Translations under genes and position numbers: made by a program
Shown: one piece after another, positions 61,077 through 64,000 of the stretch
Layout: every line of letters starts with the position of its first letter
Numbering within the stretch: position 1 is the first letter of the stretch
IMG/VR virus record: IMGVR_UViG_3300005613_000025
Coordinates: 27,723 to 91,722 of that record
DNA: 64,000 nt
Strand: one strand, 5' to 3'
Source of the DNA: a virus
The notes under the pieces: generated by a model
Told to the model about the DNA's origin: nothing
Seen by the model: only the letters and a program-made list of their open reading frames with translations
Databases searched by the model: none

Positions 61077-61288
61077 TATTGAACTCTATATCTTGTGCTA
61101 GGGTAAACAGGTCTTATGTAAAAAGATATATTGCCGAACTTTTCTCTATACTTTTTCTTTACCTCTTCTATGAAGTCAGAACTATTACTACCAAATGGTC
61201 TTGGTTCTGACCAGAACTCCCAATCAAGTCCTAAAAATCTAACACCAATTATAATGTGGGTGAAACTTTGTTTCCAAATACTTTCCAT
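61076..61288 (-). CDS. Hypothetical protein
   Basis: Operon-packed ORF. Confidence 0.5.
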   Translation of the reverse strand: MESIWKQSFTHIIIGVRFLGLDWEFWSEPRPFGSNSSDFIEEVKKKYREKFGNISFYIRPVYPSTRYRVQ

Positions 61289-61296
61289 TTTTTTTT

Positions 61297-61587
61297 TCAG
61301 TTTAAAATCTTATTTAATTTATTTGATCTATCATATTTCGGATGAATCTGATTCAGATGTTTTTCCATTGCCACAAAGTCAATATCTCCAGTGATGAAAT
61401 ATTCTTTATGAATGTCAATTGCAATTTTCAAAACTCCAATTTTGAAAAGAGTATCTTTATCAGGATAAGTTCCTGGATATTCTTCCTCTTCTTTTACCTG
61501 TCCATAAAGGTCAGATATAAGCAATTTATTTGAATTTCCATACAAATTCATAAGTATATCCCGTGCTCCTTTTAACTTCTTTTTCAT
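61297..61587 (-). CDS. Hypothetical protein
   Basis: C-terminal RSNKLNKILN. Confidence 0.6.
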   Translation of the reverse strand: MKKKLKGARDILMNLYGNSNKLLISDLYGQVKEEEEYPGTYPDKDTLFKIGVLKIAIDIHKEYFITGDIDFVAMEKHLNQIHPKYDRSNKLNKILN

Positions 61588-61829
61588 TTTAATATACTTT
61601 TAAGTTTCAGCTCTCTTAATTTATCTTTATCAATCGTAATATCGTCCTCATCAATAAATTCACCACAAAATATACCTGTATGATATTCAACAATAAGGTA
61701 TTTACCCATATCTTTTACATGATGTATCAAAGCTTTTTCTCCAAACTTTTCACGAATATATGGACCTAAGATAGGATCCAAAGATTTCCTGAATTCAGAT
61801 TCTTTCTTTATTGATTTTATAAAATCCAT
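61584..61829 (-). CDS. Hypothetical protein
   Basis: C-terminal RELKLKSILK. Confidence 0.6.
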   Translation of the reverse strand: MDFIKSIKKESEFRKSLDPILGPYIREKFGEKALIHHVKDMGKYLIVEYHTGIFCGEFIDEDDITIDKDKLRELKLKSILK

Positions 61830-61832
61830 TTT

Positions 61833-62087
61833 TTAATATTTAAAATATTGAAATAAATCAACAGCCTCATTCTCGGTATATTCAGTGTTGAATAAAATAT
61901 GATCGATGAATTTATTGTCTGTTTCTTTGGCGAAATATGTAGGATATTTATCTTCTAACTGTGTGTAAAAATACATTGACTCTCTTAGAGAGATTTTATT
62001 GCTGAACAGTTTGTCTAAAATATCAACAATTTCTTTGTCAGCCATAACTGAACCAGTCTCCCAAAACTCTTCTTTGTAATTTATCAT
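61833..62087 (-). CDS. Hypothetical protein
   Basis: ORF behind TATCTTTG. Confidence 0.55.
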   Translation of the reverse strand: MINYKEEFWETGSVMADKEIVDILDKLFSNKISLRESMYFYTQLEDKYPTYFAKETDNKFIDHILFNTEYTENEAVDLFQYFKY

Positions 62088-62160
62088 CTTGACAAAGATA
62101 AGGAAAAATTATTAAATATTAGTTTTTTAGTATATATAAACTTTACAAAATGACTTTTTG

Positions 62161-62236
62161 TACTCGGTATGGGTGACGATCCCATCTTTTTCCCGTGAAA
62201 GGGGAATGTCCTCAAACCAACATAGACGAACCGAGC
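62161..62236 (-). tRNA. tRNA-Glu(UUC), atypical T-loop
   Basis: TTCCC-CTTTCAC-GGGAA; T-arm ATGGG-ATCGTCA-CCCAT. Confidence 0.85.
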
Positions 62237-62244
62237 ATATTAGG

Positions 62245-62326
62245 TTGGTAGGGAGGGATTCGAACCCCCGAACTCAGAGAGAGATGTTTTACAGACATCC
62301 TGCTTTAGCCACTTGCATACCTACCA
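62245..62326 (-). tRNA. tRNA-Tyr(GUA)
   Basis: GATGT-CTGTAAA-ACATC, variable arm, TTCGAAT T-loop. Confidence 0.9.
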
Positions 62327-62334
62327 ATATTTTG

Positions 62335-62408
62335 TAGTCCGTACGGGATTCGAACCCGTGATCTTTTGGTTGAAAACCAAACGTGTTAGGCCACTACACT
62401 AACGGACC
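62335..62408 (-). tRNA. tRNA-Glu(UUC)
   Basis: GGTCCGT/ACGGACT acceptor; TTTGG-TTTTCAA-CCAAA. Confidence 0.88.
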
Positions 62409-62416
62409 ATTTTCAG

Positions 62417-62510
62417 TGGGAAACGAAGGAATTGAACCTCTAAACTCCATACCAGTCACTATTTTGTTAACGGAGAAGGGTTTTACAGACCCTTTGTGAC
62501 AACGCTTCCC
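62417..62510 (-). tRNA. Non-canonical D-armless tRNA-Tyr(GUA)-like RNA
   Basis: GGGAAGCG/CGTTTCCC acceptor, AAGGGT-CTGTAAA-ACCCTT arm, GAGG-TTCAATT-CCTT T-arm, ~35-nt variable region. Confidence 0.7.
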
Positions 62511-62517
62511 ATATTTT

Positions 62518-62718
62518 TCAAATTTCAATCCAACGAATCAAAAGTTTTGCATCCATTTCTGGTAGAAAATCTGCTTCACCCATATCATCTGTTGGTATTA
62601 CAAAATTGACATCACCTAAGCTTGTCTCAGTTTTGTAATAAGCAGAACCCATTCGGATCATTTGAAAATTTGCGATTGGTTTCTCTTTATAAAGTACTTT
62701 TTTTATTTCATTTTTCAT
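62518..62718 (-). CDS. Hypothetical protein inside the attenuated tRNA operon
   Basis: 66-aa ORF between the terminator and the tRNAs. Confidence 0.7.
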   Translation of the reverse strand: MKNEIKKVLYKEKPIANFQMIRMGSAYYKTETSLGDVNFVIPTDDMGEADFLPEMDAKLLIRWIEI

Positions 62719-62744
62719 TTTATTTTTATTAATTTTTTAACAAC

Positions 62745-62777
62745 AAAAAAACCCATCAACTTTTTAGTTGATGGGTT
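62745..62777 (-). terminator. Intrinsic terminator/attenuator upstream of the Tyr-Glu tRNA operon
   Basis: AACCCATCAACT-AAAA-AGTTGATGGGTT plus T-run on the minus strand. Confidence 0.88.
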
Positions 62778-62801
62778 CTCAGTTACTTTATGTTTTTATA
62801 C

Positions 62802-62900
62802 TTAACTAAAGCACATAGTCTCATCAACTACAAGGTTTCCCTCATATTCATACTCATAAGCCTCATAAGACAATACTGATATGTTGTTGATGTTAGACAT
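62802..62900 (-). CDS. Leader peptide MSNINNISVLSYEAYEYEYEGNLVVDETMCFS (Tyr/Glu-sensing)
   Basis: Read manually; TAT GAG GCT TAT GAG TAT GAA TAT GAG run followed by a segment complementary to the terminator. Confidence 0.85.
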   Translation of the reverse strand: MSNINNISVLSYEAYEYEYEGNLVVDETMCFS

Positions 62901-62936
62901 TTTACTTTTTATTTTCTTTTGTTTTTAATTCTTTTA

Positions 62937-62968
62937 CAAATATAAGGTAGATTTTTTAATCTACCAAA
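62937..62968 (-). promoter_or_regulatory. Bacteroidota-type housekeeping promoter (-33 TTTG, 20-nt spacer, -7 TATATTTG)
   Basis: TTTG-GTAGATTAAAAAATCTACCT-TATATTTG upstream of the leader peptide. Confidence 0.75.
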
Positions 62969-62985
62969 TTTATTTTATTTTTTTG

Positions 62986-63061
62986 TAGCGGGGACAGGAT
63001 TCGAACCTGTGACCTCCGGGTTATGAGCCCGGCTAGCTGACCTGACTGCTAACACCCCGCA
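62986..63061 (-). tRNA. Initiator tRNA-fMet(CAU)
   Basis: CCGGG-CTCATAA-CCCGG with three G-C pairs; unpaired position 1:72. Confidence 0.9.
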
Positions 63062-63106
63062 ATGTTTATTTTATATTCTCTATATATTAAAAAGTTTTCT
63101 TCCCTT

Positions 63107-63292
63107 TTAAAAAAGTGAAGAAAAAAATCCGACACTGAATGCAACACCTAAAATTGATAGTGTTTGAACAATAATGAAAATTACAAATATCAAATTAGGA
63201 ACTTCCATCATTCTTTTTTTCTCAACCAATTTATCAAAATTATTGATACCGATGATCGGCATCAGAATATTCCAATGTTTAAAATTTTTCAT
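63107..63292 (-). CDS. Small membrane protein
   Basis: C-terminal TM helix; TATATTTG upstream. Confidence 0.55.
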   Translation of the reverse strand: MKNFKHWNILMPIIGINNFDKLVEKKRMMEVPNLIFVIFIIVQTLSILGVAFSVGFFSSLF

Positions 63293-63315
63293 AACACAAA
63301 TATAGGAAAAATCAT

Positions 63316-64000
63316 TTAAAAATCAAATTCATCATAGGATTCATCATCGACATCCTGTTTGAATGCTCCAACGGTGTAACTATCTATTTCTGTTTCCTGT
63401 GGTGCGTTCTGTACAGAAGAGCTATCACCGGTCCATTGGTTGATCCATGTTATAGGGTTTTTAACTTTATCGAATATTGGTTTCAGGCCGATTATTTTCA
63501 TTCTGTTGTTTGTAAGCCATTGCATATATTGTGTGAGTATCTCAGCGTTCAATCCGATCATTGATCCATCTTTGAAAAGGTAGTTTGCCCATTCCATTTC
63601 TTCTTTTGCAGCATCTTCATACATTTTAATAACAATATCTTCACAATCTTCTGCAATTTTTTGAAATCCTTCCTCCCATTCATTTTTAAGTGTTTTCAAA
63701 AGGAATGAAGTGAATCCCATATGAAGGTTCTCATCTCGATTGATCAATGAAATGATCTTGGCGTTCCCTTCCATTTTCTTGTTCTGTGCAAAACAATATG
63801 AACAAGCAAAACTTACATAGAATCTTATACCTTCGAGAATATTGATCGAGACCAATGTCAGATAAAGTTTCTTTTTCTTATCGTATTCAGTTTCATTGGG
63901 TATATCATTTATAAGTTGATCATAGTAATATGTCACGGACGATGCTCTTTTGAGTATCTCCTCATCTTTCATTATTGAATCAAATACTTCAGATGGATCT
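63316..64000 (-). CDS. nrdB: Ribonucleotide reductase class Ia beta subunit (5' part outside the window)
   Basis: LEGIRFYVSF, RDENLH, APQETEIDSY. Confidence 0.96.
   Translation of the reverse strand, partial: DPSEVFDSIMKDEEILKRASSVTYYYDQLINDIPNETEYDKKKKLYLTLVSINILEGIRFYVSFACSYCFAQNKKMEGNAKIISLINRDENLHMGFTSFLLKTLKNEWEEGFQKIAEDCEDIVIKMYEDAAKEEMEWANYLFKDGSMIGLNAEILTQYMQWLTNNRMKIIGLKPIFDKVKNPITWINQWTGDSSSVQNAPQETEIDSYTVGAFKQDVDDESYDEFDF

Noticed and set aside
1-64000. Stop-codon reassignment
   Set aside because: Recognisable genes are intact in the standard code and no suppressor tRNA is seen.

Overview
AT-rich, densely coding segment of a large T4-like (myovirus-type) phage. The host is probably Bacteroidota: TAnnTTTG -7 promoter elements recur and Shine-Dalgarno sites are not evident. 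The window encodes replication and nucleotide genes (truncated PolB, DinG-like helicase, RuvC-like resolvase, ligase-like protein, NrdB, thioredoxin), tail and baseplate genes, many probable internal head proteins with a T4-like capsid-targeting N-terminus, translation/transcription helpers (IF-3, SmpB, GreA, YqeY, ClpP, Thg1-like), homing endonucleases, a TnpB-like gene, two DNA methyltransferases and eight tRNA or tRNA-like genes. Two systems stand out. (1) Each of the two tRNA operons lies behind an unannotated leader peptide and an intrinsic terminator, and the leader codons match the downstream tRNAs (Ile/Gly/Ala; Tyr/Glu). This looks like ribosome-dependent attenuation that switches on phage tRNAs when decoding of those codons fails; the first tRNA-like gene of each operon lacks a D-arm. 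(2) Two paralogous small genes each run into a Cas-less CRISPR-like mini-array (36-bp repeats, 29-30-bp unique spacers). Two highly structured ncRNA candidates lie near smpB. All family assignments come from recognising motifs by eye; no searches were run.
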